Origin: Octopus vulgaris | Lineage: Eukaryota | Length of the DNA stretch: 64,000 bases | Reading direction: 5' to 3' | Assembly: GCA_951406725.2 (NCBI GenBank) | Contig: OX597814.1 | Coordinates: 168,826,001-168,890,000, forward strand | Part shown: piece by piece, positions 38,610 through 52,005 of the stretch | Position numbering within the stretch: position 1 is the first letter of the stretch | How the letters are laid out: each line of letters opens with the position of its first letter | Translations under genes and position numbers: made by a program | Notes under the pieces: model-generated | What the model saw: the letters and a program-made list of their open reading frames with translations, nothing else | Told to the model about the DNA's origin: nothing | Database searches by the model: none

Positions 38610-39207
38610 ACAAGTGTGTTCAAATATACTACTCCGTTCAATACTAATTATATTTATTCAGTTAAACAATCTTGAAACCAATTAGCTATGTAGTATATAA
38701 ATTTAATGAAGTCTGCTATCTTTATCACATTAAAAGAGAGTTCCAATGAAATGTAATAAAACAACATATCATAGCAGCACTTAGGTAAATTTATATGAGA
38801 GATATGAAAACTACAAAATAATTTATTTATATATGCTCCAGATATTTTAAATGTTTACATGAAGTGAATCTTTGAAATTAGGTTTTTATTTTTATAAATA
38901 TGTTTTTTTAATAGGTATAAAAGGCATGGCTGTATGGTTAAGAAGCTTATTTTGTAATCATTTGGTCTTGTGCCCAGTTTTATTACGCAAAACCTCAGGC
39001 AAGTGTCTTCCATTAAAGGCCTGAGCTGACCGGTGTCTTGTGAGCAGATTTGGTAGACGGAAACTGTGTAGAAGTCCATTATTAGTAAATAGATGTATGT
39101 CTTTTGTGATTGTGTTTGTCACTCATCCCCACCACTTGACAACCTGTGTGGGTTTGTTTACATTTCCATAACTTAGCAGTTAGGCAAAAGACCCCTACAG
39201 AATAAAT

Positions 39208-39441
39208 CTATGCTGTAGAGTCGAAACAAAAAACTTTTGACTCCGACTCGTCGTTATGTAAGTGATTGTGGTCTACATATCTCATAAAGCATATGCGTAC
39301 GCTCGTATTTTGAGTAGGCCTATATGTTATAACTGGTTTATATTAAAGAATAAAGATATTGTGAGTCGGAGTTGGTATAGCTTTACTGTCTACGGCTCCA
39401 GCTACCCCTTAATTGTTTCCGACTCTGACTCCACAGCCCTG
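39208..39441. mobile_element. hAT MITE nested in SINE B
   Basis: Perfect 8-bp TSD gaataaat (39200-39207, 39442-39449). TIR ..gctgtagagtcg / gactccacagccctg, with internal GACTCC repeats. Confidence 0.8.
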
Positions 39442-40204
39442 GAATAAATTACCGGACTTGCAGCTAACAAAAGATAGGCCTCTTTTGCTAAACTGCTAGG
39501 TTTCGGGGCCATAAAGAAAGAAGCTCACACACACACATAACAGGCTTCCATACAGTGGGAGTGAACTCAAAACCATGTAGTTGGGAAGCAAATATATATG
39601 TGCTTGTATGTGTATGCATATATGTTTATATGTGCGTCTACACACACACATATACATATGTGTGTGTGTGTGTGTGTGTATGTATATGAGAGAGAGAAAG
39701 AGAAAGAGAGAGATAAAAAGTGTGAATGAGTACACTTGAACCTGATTAAATAGAGTAACTATACTTATCCACGACCTGCTCCTTCTGATATGAATATTTC
39801 AGCTAATGATTAGCATGTTCTAAAACTGTAATTTGTCACAGTAATCTAGTTTTTATAGAGGAACACTATCACACACAACACGGTTGTGAATGATAAGTGA
39901 ACGCAAGGTTTAAAGAGAGAGAACAAAAACAAACAATAAACTTAGCAATGAATTTACTTTAATTGGATGGAAATACAACTTCAGTTGCTTGCTTTCCCTG
40001 TGAGATCTAGATCTATGATATCATGAGAAATATCAGCAATTCCAAGACAAAGACATTTTTTTGTAAGCTAGGTCTGATCTATGTATTTGCGGATGTGTGT
40101 TTAACCACAAAAGGCTGAAAGTAGAGACTGATATAGGTTAAGGCCATACATATAAATTAACTTAATAGCAGCTTAATGCAATTTGTTAGCAAATTATAAT
40201 GATG

Positions 40205-40889
40205 ATCCTTTCTACTATTGGCACAAGGTCTGGAGAGTGGGAGGGGATTAGTTGATTTCATCAACCCCAGTGTGTAACTGGTACTTATTACATTGACCTA
40301 GAAAGGGTGAAAGGCAAAGTCGACCTCAGCGGAATTTGAACTCAGAATATAATAATAATACCTATTTCTTTTTACTACCTACAAGGGGCTAAACACAGAG
40401 AGGACAAACGGATTGAGTCAATTATATCGACCCCAGTACGTAACTGTACTTATTTAATCGACCCTGAAAGGTTGAAAGGCAAAGCTGACCTCGGCGGAAT
40501 TTGAACTCAGAACGTTACGGGAGATGAAATACCGCTAAGCATTTCGCTCCAAATCCACTCATAAGGCTTTCAGTGGCTCAGGGTTATAGTAGAAGACGCT
40601 TGCCTATGGTACCACACAATGGGACAGAACTCGAGCTTCCCAACTTAATGTAATTTGTCAGAAAACAATAATAATCCTTTCTACTAAATGCACAAAGCCT
40701 GAAATTTTGGCAGAGGGGACTAGTTCATTACATCGAACCCAATGTTTCACTAGTACTTAGTTTATAGACAACGAAAGGATGACAGGTGAAGTAGACCTTG
40801 GTGGAATTTGAACTCAGAATGTAAAGATGGACAAAATACCACCAAACATTTTGCTTGGCTTGCTAATGGTTCTGCCAGCTCACTGCCTT
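40205..40889 (-). mobile_element. Cluster of three SINE family A copies plus a SINE B fragment
   Basis: Copies at about 40205, 40360 and 40673. Confidence 0.75.
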
Positions 40890-40930
40890 AATACTACTAC
40901 TACTACTACTACTAATAATAATAATAATTT

Positions 40931-41149
40931 GAAAAGCTGTCGAAATATAAGGACCTTGGGATTGAGATATCAAGGACATGGCAATTAAGAACCAAAATCA
41001 TCCTTGTTGTTGTAGGTGCCCTAGGAATGATAAAAAAAAGTAGTGACAAATTTTTCGACCAGGTTCCTGGGAAACCAACAATCTATGAGACTCAAAAAAT
41101 TGTGCTGACATCAACTGCCCACATTCTCAGGAAGTTTCTCTCCCTCTAA
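40931..41149 (+). pseudogene. R4/Dong-clade non-LTR retrotransposon C-terminus (restriction-like endonuclease region), 5'-truncated
   Basis: Open 72-aa frame EKLSKYKDLGIEISRTWQLRTKIILVVVGALGMIKK...QKIVLTSTAHILRKFLSL*. Flanked on both sides by (TAA)n. Confidence 0.85.
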
Positions 41150-41218
41150 TATATATGTGCCTTAGGACTCAGGTTGAGAACTGGCCAGAAGATGAAATAA
41201 AATGCAAATCAATTGGGA

Positions 41219-41250
<32 letters not shown>

Positions 41251-41704
41251 TAATAAAAGATGATGATGATGATGAAAATAATCTATACTTTTACAGAACT
41301 TTTAAAATAGAAATGAAAGACATGTGATTCTTGATTTTCTTTATTATAAAATCAAAAATATTGAATATGGACAATAGGCCACAATAATCTAGGTGATGAT
41401 GATGATGACTGTAAAAATGATAAATAACTATACAAGTGGCTTTTAATCACATCTATTTCAAGGTTTAATATTTCATGTATATGAAATAGCTGTCATAAAC
41501 ATAGCCTGATTATATAAACAGAACTATAAACAATCTCTAGTATTGCATTACAACCTATCATTTGGAATTGTAGCAATTTAGTAACAAACTAAAAACCACC
41601 TTTAGTTCCTCTGTTGTTATATGTACTTTACCAAACACTCGAAGCACACACAAAAAAAAAAACAAAAAAAAAATAAAGCAAAAAAAAGCAACAACATACA
41701 AACA

Positions 41705-42130
41705 CTAAACTAGGTATGGCAGTGTTGGTAAGAAGTTCACTTCACAGCCAAATGGTTTTAGGCTCAGTCCCAATGAGTGACATCTTGTGTAAGTATCTTC
41801 TACTATAACCCTGGGCCAACCAGTGCCTTGCCATTGAATCTGGTACATGCAAACTGTATGTAAGCCTCTCATATAAATATATATATACACGTGTGTGAAT
41901 GTCTTTGTTTGTCATCCTGACACCCCTGTCTGACAATTGGTAGAGGGTTTGTTTATGTTCTCCATAATTTAGTGGTTCAATAAAAGAGAGAATAAATACC
42001 AGACTTAAAAGACTCAAAACAAAACAAAACAAACCTAAGTACTAAGGTCATGTTGGACCAAAATCCTTTAAGGTGGGTGCCTCAACATGGCTGTTGTCCA
42101 ATGATTGAGACAAGTAAAAAATAAAAGGTA
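41705..42130 (+). mobile_element. SINE family B, old copy
   Basis: Diverged but colinear with 46753-47154. Confidence 0.7.
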
Positions 42131-43215
42131 TAAAGACAAAAGTGTGAAGGTATACACTACACATAGCATGTCCTGTTTGTTGGCTCTATGTTGGAACAAT
42201 CTTTCCAACTTAGTGCATTTGAGATTGATTAAGAAAAACTGACAAAGAGCTGGTTGTTGTCAATGCTGCCACTGCCACCACCACCAAAATGAAATAGCTG
42301 TTTATTTATTTAGAAGTAGGTAAAAGCTGAAGTTACTGACATAAAGTCATACCCCACACAACCAAGTCGTACAAGGTCTGTTTTTTTTTTCTTTTTCTTT
42401 TTTTAAATGACTGACAAAAATGGATATATTGAGGTGATTTGTAAAATGGAAAGCAAATTTCAGATTTCTTCCAAAATTGTAACTTCAACATGAGACTCAC
42501 AGTAATATATAAACTACTAAGGCGGTGAGCTGATGCCAGACAAAATACTTGGTGGTATTTCATCTGTCTTTGCGTTCTGAGTTCAAATTCTGCTGAGGTC
42601 AAATTTGCCTTTCCTCCTTTCAGGGGTCGATGAAATAAGTACCAATTGATCACAGGGGCTGATGTAACTGACTTACCCACTCCCTTGAAATTGTTGGCCT
42701 TGTGCCAAAATTTGAAACCAATATATAAACTACTAAGACTCAAATGAATGAGGGAGCTTCTGTGCGGTCACTGGAAATTGAAGAATTAGAAACCAAATCT
42801 CCTCTAATCACTAATCACATCTAACCATCATTAAAAAAAAAAAAGTGCCTTTGATTAAAGATCAGCTCAATTAGTGCTGATCTAGGTTTAAACAACAACA
42901 ACAACAACAAGCACTGATGACTGAGTGTGTAAGAGAGAGAAAGACAAAGAGAAAAAGAGAAGCAGGAAGTGATCTAATTCACAGAAGTGTGTGAGCCAAA
43001 GCTTGTTATCAATAATAAGACCAGTTACTGGAAGATTGAGTATAGAAGCATACACATAAACATCCATGCACAAGCAAAAACCTTAGCATGGAGGGAATAT
43101 ATTATGACTGGTGTATATACATACAATGCAAAAGTCAACGAGTTTAATAATGTAGGCATAAGCAGTATTAATAAGACAATTAATTGTATATGGAGTAAGT
43201 ATAATGATAACCACC

Positions 43216-43616
43216 TACTCTTTTACTTGTTTCAGTCATTTGACTGCAGCCATGCTGGAGCACCACCTTTTTTTTAGTCGAGCAAATCGACCCCAGGACT
43301 TATTCTTTGTAAGCCCAGTACTTATTCTATCGGTCTCTTTTTGCCAAACCACTAAGCCACGGGGACGTAAACACACCAGCATCGGTCGTCAAGCGATGTT
43401 GGGGCGACAAACACAGACACACAAACACACACATACATATATATACATATATACGACGGGCTTCTTTCAGTTTCCATCTACCAAATCCACTCACAAGGCT
43501 TGGGTCGGCCCGAGGCTATAGTAGAAGACACTTGCCCAAGGTGCCACGCAGTGGGACTGAACCCGGATCCATGTGGTTCGTAAGCAAGCTACTTACCACA
43601 CAGCCACTCCTACGCC
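43216..43616 (-). mobile_element. SINE family B, full length, young
   Basis: CpG-rich reverse copy. Confidence 0.9.
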
Positions 43617-43898
43617 TACTATATATACATCATCATTATCATCATTGCTTTAATTCTGTTATTCTTTTGCTTGTTTCAGGCATTTGACCATGGCCATGCT
43701 GGAGCACTGCCATTAGTCGAACAAATCGACCCAAGGACTTATTCTTTCTCAGACTAGTATTTATTCTACTGGCCTCTTTTACCGAACCACTAAGTTATGG
43801 GGACACAAAGAAACCAACATCAGTTGTCAAGTGATAGTGGGGGGATAAACACAGACACACACACATAAATATATATACACATACATACATATATGGGA

Positions 43899-44462
43899 GG
43901 CCCAAGACCCAGGAAGACATGGGATGAGGTGGTGAAGCATGACCTTTGAACATTGGGCCTCACAGAGGCAATGACAAGAGATCAAGACCTTTGGAGATAT
44001 GCTGTGATTGAGAAGACCAGGTAAGGAAAGTGAAATCACAGCTGTGGCTGATACCAGTGTTGCATAACCAGCCCATTTAAAAGTTTCCTTGAATCATCGG
44101 GCGATACACTGTACTTGAGAAGACCTATTGAGTCAAGTAAAATCAAAGATCAAAATGGAAATAATAGCTGTGGCTGACGCCAGTGTTGCCTGACTGGCAT
44201 CCATGCTAGTGACACATAATAAACATCATTCAGGTGTGGGTTGATGCCAGTTCTGCCCGACTGGCTCCCTGTGCCGGTGGCATGTAAAATACATCCACTA
44301 CACTCTCTGAATGGTTGGTGTTAGGAAGGGCATCAAGCTGTAGAAACCTTGACAGATCAGATTGGAGCCTGGTGCAGCCTTACTGGCTTCCCAGTCCTCA
44401 GTCAAACTGTCCAACCCATGCCAAGCATGGAAAAATGGATGTTAAATGATGATGATGATGAT
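43899..44462 (+). mobile_element. 5'-truncated RTE LINE (ORF end, 3' UTR, (GAT)n tail)
   Basis: RPRKTWDEVVKHDL*TLGLTEAMTRDQDLWRYAVIEKTR* is the typical RTE C-terminal GRP.KTW...DR..WR region. Confidence 0.85.
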
Positions 44463-46004
44463 AAATATATATATATATATGATGGGCTTCTTTCAGTTCC
44501 TGTCTGCCAAATCCACTCACAAGGCTTTGGTTGGTCTGAGGCTATACTAGAAGACACTTGCTGAAGGTACCATGCAGTGGGACTGAACCCAGAACCATGT
44601 GGTTGGGAAGTAAGCTTCTTACGACACGTACCTTCTTTCCAACTGTCTCCAATAAAAATGGAAAGTTTGTTTATTTTATTTGTTTTTACTAAAATCTCAT
44701 TTGTTAGTTGCATTCATTTATGTATCACAGTCATGCACTGCATGCCTTACATTCATGCAAGAAGAGGAAGAACAACAACAACAACAACACAAACAACATC
44801 TTTGCTGCCATCACCACAACAACAACAACCAAGTGAGAGAACATTTCTAAATAGAGACGCAAAGATGTATTTAAATTGAGGATGCACAGTTCATCAGGCG
44901 TGCAATTTTCATTCCAAGAAGAAGCCCTTGTGCTATTAAATATATATATATATAAATGAAAAGAAGCCCTAACATGACATTTAACAACCCAATATAGCAG
45001 AAAACTAACTAATTAACAAAAACACCTACAACCAAAAATCACCTACCAAAGATAGTAAAATCAGGAAAAATTCCCTGAGAGAAGCTGCCATTTCAGAACA
45101 GAATACGGAGGACATGATGATAAAGACAAAATGTTAAGTGAAAATATGCTACACACATTACACACGATTGTTTGAAAGAATTGAAAATAAAGAATCTCAA
45201 AAAGCAAGAACACATAATCTTGTTATTCCAAATGAAATAAGCTAACACTAATGAACAAAGCAAACAAAATAATCTGACACAGCTAGTTCTCTCGCTATAT
45301 TAGCTTATGGATCAATCAATTAACTATACACAACTTTATTTACTGTATTAAATATAAGGTATCAACACCTAAAACAGAAATTAGCCAACACATTTTAAAA
45401 CTGATGACAAATAAAAAGAAATGAAGACAAGAAACAAATTTAAGAATGAAAAAAAAAAAATCACTTTTTAACTTTTTATTTTGCAGTAGTAACCACAATC
45501 TATAAATACGTGTGTATGTGTGCGTGCATGGTTTCTACTGCGGTAGTTACTATATATATTTGACAGTAAGCAGCAGTACGTTTTCTTTCAGTATTTAAAT
45601 TTGATATTAGATGGAAAAATGCCTGAAGATGCGCATTTCTAAATGTAGAATCATTATAAGTAAAAATACACACAAAAATTTTCTTGATATCAGTGCATTC
45701 ATGAAGCACAAAATAATAGTGCTATTAAGAAGTATGTTCAGGAATGTGTACAGAGATATATAACATGCTCTTCAAAATATATTTCGGTAGCAGATAGGCA
45801 AGTTCTTTAAGTGTAAAAGTTTTAAAAGACCCTTTTATGACCATATTTATGAAATACATTGTCTTTACATTTCATTTCACTTTAAAAATAATTCTGAATT
45901 CATAGAAGTTCAATAAAATAAACATTTTCATTATCAACCCAGGGTAAGGCAGCAAGCAGAGAGACGCATTAGCACAAAATGCATAATGGTACTTCGCCTA
46001 TCTT

Positions 46005-46236
46005 AAGGCGGCGAGCTGGCAGAAATGTTAGCACGCCGGGCGAAATGCTTAGCGGTATTTCGTCTGCGTTACGTTGTGAGTTCAAATTCCGCTGAGGTCG
46101 ACTTTGCCTTTCATCCTTTCGGGGTCGATAAATTAAGTACCAGTTACGCACTGGGGTCAATGTAATCGACTTAATACCTATGTCTGTCCTTGTTTGTCCC
46201 CTCTGTGTTTAGCCCCTTGTGGGTAATAAAGAAATA
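46005..46236 (+). mobile_element. Young SINE family A nested in an older family A copy (45945-46392)
   Basis: 17-bp TSD ggtacttcg(c/t)ctatctt at 45988-46004 and 46237-46253. Confidence 0.9.
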
Positions 46237-46752
46237 GGTACTTCGTCTATCTTTATGCTCTGAGTTGAAATTTCACTGAGGTTGGCTTTGCCTGGTTGAT
46301 GAAATAAGTACTAGTTGAACAATGTGACTAATGTAATCAACTAGCCACTCTCCACAAAGTTTCAGGCTTTGTACCTACAGGAGAAAGGATTATCAACCTG
46401 GAACATAACAGCTGAACAAAAAAAGGGAGAGCAACAATTTAAATGATTGATCTTATGTTGGTTGAAGAATACTTGGCTGTTCAATCATTTGAAGTACCAA
46501 CTTGTTAAGGTAGTGTACAAGTGGCTGAGTATTCCAAAGAAAAGAGTACCTTTCATGTAATTATAAAGCCTAATCCACTTGACACAATGTGTGTGACAAG
46601 GCCATATTGTTCAATAAATACAAAGAGAATCCACCTGATAAGCTTTGATACTATTTCACTTGCTTACTTGCAATGAATGAACTGACTCAAAATTAAAGAG
46701 AGAGAAGAAAAAAAAAATTTTTTTAATTAAAAATAAAAGTAAGTTTGCACAA

Positions 46753-47154
46753 GGCGCAGGAATGGCTGTGTGGTAAGTAGCTTGCTTACCAACCACATGG
46801 TTCCGGGTTCATTCTTACTGCGTGACACCTTGGGCAAGTGTCTTCTACTATAGCCTCGGGCCAACCAAAGCCTTGTGAGTGGATTTGGTAGACGGAAACT
46901 GAGAGAAGCCCATCGTATATATATATGTGTGTGTGTGTATGTTTGTGTGTCTGTGTTTGTTCCCCCAACATCGCTTGACAACCAATGGTGGTGTGTTTAC
47001 GTCCCTGTAACTTAGCAGTTCGGCAAAAGAAACTGATAGAATAAGTACTAGGCTTACAAAGAATAAGTCCTGGGGGTCGATTTGCTCGACTAAAGGCGGT
47101 GGTCTAGCATGGCTGCAGTCAAATGTCTAAAACAAGTAAAAGAGTAAAGAGTAA
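46753..47154 (+). mobile_element. SINE family B, full length
   Basis: ggcgcaggaatggctgtgtggtaag head, ccttgggcaagtgtc core-like block, (gtaaaaga)n tail. Confidence 0.9.
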
Positions 47155-47229
47155 GATTAACCAGGAATTTCATAAATTTCTTAACTACTTGGCCATGCTT
47201 ACAACCATCCATGGCTATGAATACTTTAA

Positions 47230-47441
47230 CCCTTTAATATTTAGATTGTTCTGTCACATGTAATGCTCATTTATTCACATTGATACGACTTAACCATGTG
47301 TTATCTCAGTGGTTTTAGATTTTGATGCGATTGGTTACTTTTTAGAATGACATTGTAGGGTAGGAGTGAGAGGCCAGATCTAACCAATTTTAATGTAAAA
47401 CAGAATATTGGGCCAGATATGGCTGGGTTAAATGCTAAAGG
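47230..47441. mobile_element. piggyBac-type MITE family 2
   Basis: TTAA|CCCTTTAA...GCTAAAGG. Homologous to 29685-29907. Confidence 0.7.
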
Positions 47442-48942
47442 AATGAAAACATGAATGAAGTTTTGTATAAAAACAGACAGTCTCAGTTAATGCACTTAAG
47501 GGGATACTGTACAACTGAGTAAATGCAGGTTCTATTCCTAGTTGCAACTACTTTTTATTTTATGTCGTTAATGCCATTATGAAAAGCTAATTACCAACTG
47601 GTGTGCAGTCCTGTTAACGAGAAGAAATAGCAATTTATTTATTCTTTTTCTTTTTATATCTGAGATGCATGAAAGAAACAAAATATTGATTATTTAATTG
47701 ACTGATTATTTGACAGATTAAAAATCAAAGCTTTCTATCAGATTTTATACAGTGACTTTAATCAGATATCTGGTCACAGATGCAGGAAGAAAAAATACAA
47801 AAAATAAAAAAGCCGTAAATCTTATTTGTTTCTTTTTTTAATTTTTACCTTTAAGCCTTCATTTTAATTAATTAAATTAGAATTTTAATAGTTTCCCAGA
47901 AAATCATTTTGCCAATCTGATCTTATTATTAGAAAACCACTGCTATACCTATATTGTTGATTTATCTTTAAATGAATCTACAAGTCAGAAGTAGTATATT
48001 CTACTTGAAGGAAGTCACTGAGTGAGTCATTTCTCAAACCTTGTGTGTATTGTGTGTGTGTAATTATCATGTTTCATGTTGGTATGAGTTGGACAGTTAG
48101 GTGAGATCCAGTAGGTTCAATATTTTAAATGATGTTTTCTAACGTAAGTTCTGAATCACATATTTTGGAGTGTATAAGCTTATATTATAGAAGTCAAGTT
48201 GATCTCTTTGTTTTTCCATCACAATATATATGTATAAAGAGGGAAGAAGGAGAGGGGAAAGTTGAGAGTGTGATTGAGTGTGTGTCAAGCTAGATAGATA
48301 GATAGTGCAGTCACCATAGTAACTAATAAGTTTTGGTAAAAAAAACATGGGGATTTTATGCACATGTCTGTCAACACATACATGTTGTGATGGAGACCAG
48401 CTTCACTTTTATAATATAAGATTGTTCAACAGTGTTTAAAGGGTTATTAATTTTCACTGAGAAAGTCAATCTAAACATTATTTGAATAATTTATGAAGGT
48501 ATGAGCAGGATTAACAAATGTTTTTACCAGCAGCATAGTGATGGGTAACAACCTAGCTGATCATAAAACTAACTTGTCTACACATGAAGGGTGTGACTAA
48601 ATATTGTAAGCCATTTGTCAGTCGTTCTACTGATATTACCAACCAATAACCCAAGTTAGCATGTTTAATATTATCCAAGAATAAACAGCTAAGTCTCCCA
48701 TGGAGTAAATAAATTGAATATAGTTTACATAATGTATTGTTAATGTGTATTTGTTTTAATGTAAATAATGTGCACAGACATATTCGGGGAAAAGGTGAAT
48801 TCAGTGTACGAAGGGAAGGAAAGTATGTAGCAGCAGTATACATTATATATGCTAGCACGGAAAGTGGATGTTAAACAATGATGATGATGATGAATGTATA
48901 TATATATATATATATACATACACACACACACACACACACACA

Positions 48943-50140
48943 CATCGACTGGCCTCTGTGATGTGGGCACATAACAAACACCATCCGATCGTGGCCGTCC
49001 GCCAGCCTCATCTGGCACCTGTGTTGGTGGCACATAAAAACACCAACCGAAGACCCGGCAAGACTAGTCAGGCCATAACCCATGGCCCCTACTTGGGACG
49101 TAGTCAGTCCACCTGTGCATACTTTCCTTCCTTCTTGTGACACCTGTGAAGACCTGTTGAGGCAAGTGAAAATCAAATCAAATCAAATCAAAATAGATGA
49201 ACATCAATGGAATTTGTATCTTGTGGTACCAGTGCCGGTGGCACACAAGAAAACCATCCGAACATGGCCGTAGCCAGTACCGCATCGACTGGCCTCCGTG
49301 CTGTGGGCACGCAACAAACACCATCCGATCGTGGCCGTTCGCCAGCCTCATCTGGCACCTGTGTCGGTGGCACATAAAAACACCATCCGAAGACCCGGCA
49401 AGACTAGTCAGGCCATAACCCGTGGCCCCTACCTGGGACGTAGTCAGTCCACCTGTGCATACCTTCCTTCTTGTGACACTTGTGAAGACCTGTTGAGGCA
49501 AGTGAAAATCAAATCAAATCAAAACAAATCAAAATAGATGAACATCAATGGAATTTGTATCTTTGTGGTACCAGTGCCGGTGGCACACAAGAAAATCATC
49601 CGAACATGGACGTAGCCAGTACCGCATAGACTGGCCTCCGTGCTTTGGGGACGTAACAAACACCATCCGATCGTGGCCGTCCGCCAGCCTCATCTGGCAC
49701 CTGTGTCGGTGGCACATAAAAACACCATCCGAGCGTGGCCATCTGCCAGCCTCGTCTGGCACCTGTGTCGGTGGCACATATAAACACCATCCGAGCGTGG
49801 CCGTTCGCCAGCCTCGTCTGGCACCTGTGTCGGTGGCACATAAAATCACCCACTACACTCTCGGAGTGGTTGGCGTTAGGAAGGGCATCCAGCTGTAGAA
49901 ACACTGCCAGATCTGACTGGCCTGGTGCAGCCTTCGGGCTCCCCAGACCCCAGTTGAACCGTCCAACCCATGCTAGCATGGAAAACGGACGCTAAATGAT
50001 GATGATGATGATATATACACCTGTAGAAACTCTGCCAGATCAGATTGGAGCCTGGTGCAGCCATCTGGTTCGCCAGTCCTCAGTCAAATCGTCCAGCCCA
50101 TGCTAGCATGGAAAGAGGATGTTAAACGATGATGATGATG
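48943..50140 (+). repeat. Tandemly amplified RTE 3'-UTR: about 340-bp units, about 60-bp subrepeats, duplicated (GAT)n tail
   Basis: cat(c/a)gactggcctc recurs at 48943, 49283 and 49625. aacaccatccga..ggcacataaa occurs three times at about 49659-49843. Tails end at about 50010 and 50140. Confidence 0.9.
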
Positions 50141-51640
50141 ATATATATAAGTTCAAATAAAGGTAACAAACCTCTGAAAATACTGGTTAGTCACCTATTT
50201 AAAAAGTGTTGAATATCACAATTGTAACTAGATAAATAGAGAGATAATAAATAATTATTTATAACTTAAAAAAATTAAACATCATCTCTGACAGCTGTTT
50301 TGATTCCAGACCTTTATAAATTAACTACCATAATTAAAACCATTTAAAAGTCAAATCTCATCAGAGTTGGCTGAAGATATACAATTAGGTGTTCATATTC
50401 CTGCTTGTTGAGTATACGGCTCCAACCGGTTTGTGTGTGTGTGTGTGTGTGTGGAGAGAGAGAAAGATCATTTTTATTTAACAGTCATGTTCTATGCCAG
50501 TGAAGGTTAGATGGTTTCATATAACTGTAACTCTGAGCCTTGTAAGAATTCATACAGAATATGACAACTTAACTGACCAAAGTTAACGAGAGACAAATTA
50601 TAATAATGTTCCTATTGCTGCTAAAGTAAATATATATATATAATTATTCCATTAGAACAGAACAAGCAAGAGTAATATGTCTAGACAACAGACACTGCAT
50701 TGGTATACTGATGGGCATTGCAATATATTATTCATCTTTCGTTTTGTTAGTTATAGTATAGCTCCTTGATGATGCTTAGTGCGTACATATTTTTTTGTAT
50801 TTTAATAAGTACATATGTTCAGTTTGGCAAAAAGAATGTTGCCACACTGTCTGAAATAGACAAAGCTACAATAATTTCAATAAACTTGTTTTGCTTTTTA
50901 ATGTTTTCCATAATAAGTACCAGTATATGTGAGAGGAATTCAACTGGAACTCTTTAAATTTGTCACATAAAGACATAGATACCATTCCAAATTAAGAGAA
51001 GCTAACTAAATAAATAAATAAATAAATAAACTACCAGCATTAAACGAATTTGATTGAAATATTATTAGCAGATGACAGACAAATGACGAATTAAATTGCT
51101 CGTTGCCAAACAAATTGAAATGAAAGCTGTTTGTCAGAATGTTAAGCGAAAACATTGTTTTCTCTGCCAGTGCTTTCAATGAAGCAGCTTCATTTAATCT
51201 GTATTGATTACATGGAATGCTATGGTGAGGTAAATAACATGCGTGTATCAATAAAGTAGTTTTTTAACCTCGCATAGTAAAAGAGTTTAATTGAATTCGG
51301 AACAAATTATGTATATGAAGAGAGGGAAATGTTAAAACTATAAAAACGATAATAAAAAAAAGACACTGTAGAAGAAATGTTTGTAAAAATTTGTCTTCCA
51401 TTCAAGTAGATCATAAAAATGAAGATGTTAGCTACAGGAACAGGAATAAACATGGTGGATAGGAGTTGATGAAAAGAGAAGAAATATAAACAGGTTGTTT
51501 CATCTTTATCCTAGCCCCAGTCAAGCAGACAATGATCAAAGTTATTCTAGTCATGACCGTATACTTGCCTCAACCCAGACAATATACTGAGGGCTACATT
51601 CTCCATTGTCCTTTATGAGTTAATAAGAAGGAAGAAAAGT

Positions 51641-52005
51641 GTGGCGAGCTGGCAGAAACGTTAGCATGCCGGGCAAAATGCTCAGCGGTATTTTGTCTGC
51701 CGCTACGTTCTGAGTTCAAATTCCGCCGAGGTCAACTTTGCCTTCCATCCTTTTGGGGTTGATTAAATAAGAACCAGTTACATACTGGGGTCGATATAAT
51801 CGACTTAATCCGTTTGTCTGTCCTTGTTTGTCCTCTTTGTGTTTTAGCCCCTTGTGGGGGTATTTTGTCTGTCTTTACGTTCTGAGTTCAACTTTGCCTT
51901 TTTTTGGGGTCGATAAATTAAGTACCAGTTGCATATTGGAGTCGATCTAATTGACTGGCCCCCTCCCCGAGAAATTTCAGGCCTTGTGTCTAGAGTAGAA
52001 AAGAA
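51641..52005 (+). mobile_element. Compound SINE family A (full copy plus 5'-truncated copy)
   Basis: The second unit restarts at ggtattttgtctgtc (about 51859). Confidence 0.8.

Noticed and set aside
38333-38675. YIYI/CVCV-rich ORFs here and elsewhere
   Set aside because: They are translations of (TA)n/(CA)n microsatellites.
48943-49850. CRISPR-like or coding repeat array (many overlapping ORFs)
   Set aside because: Units are direct tandem copies without unique spacers, in a eukaryotic RTE 3'-UTR context with no cas genes.
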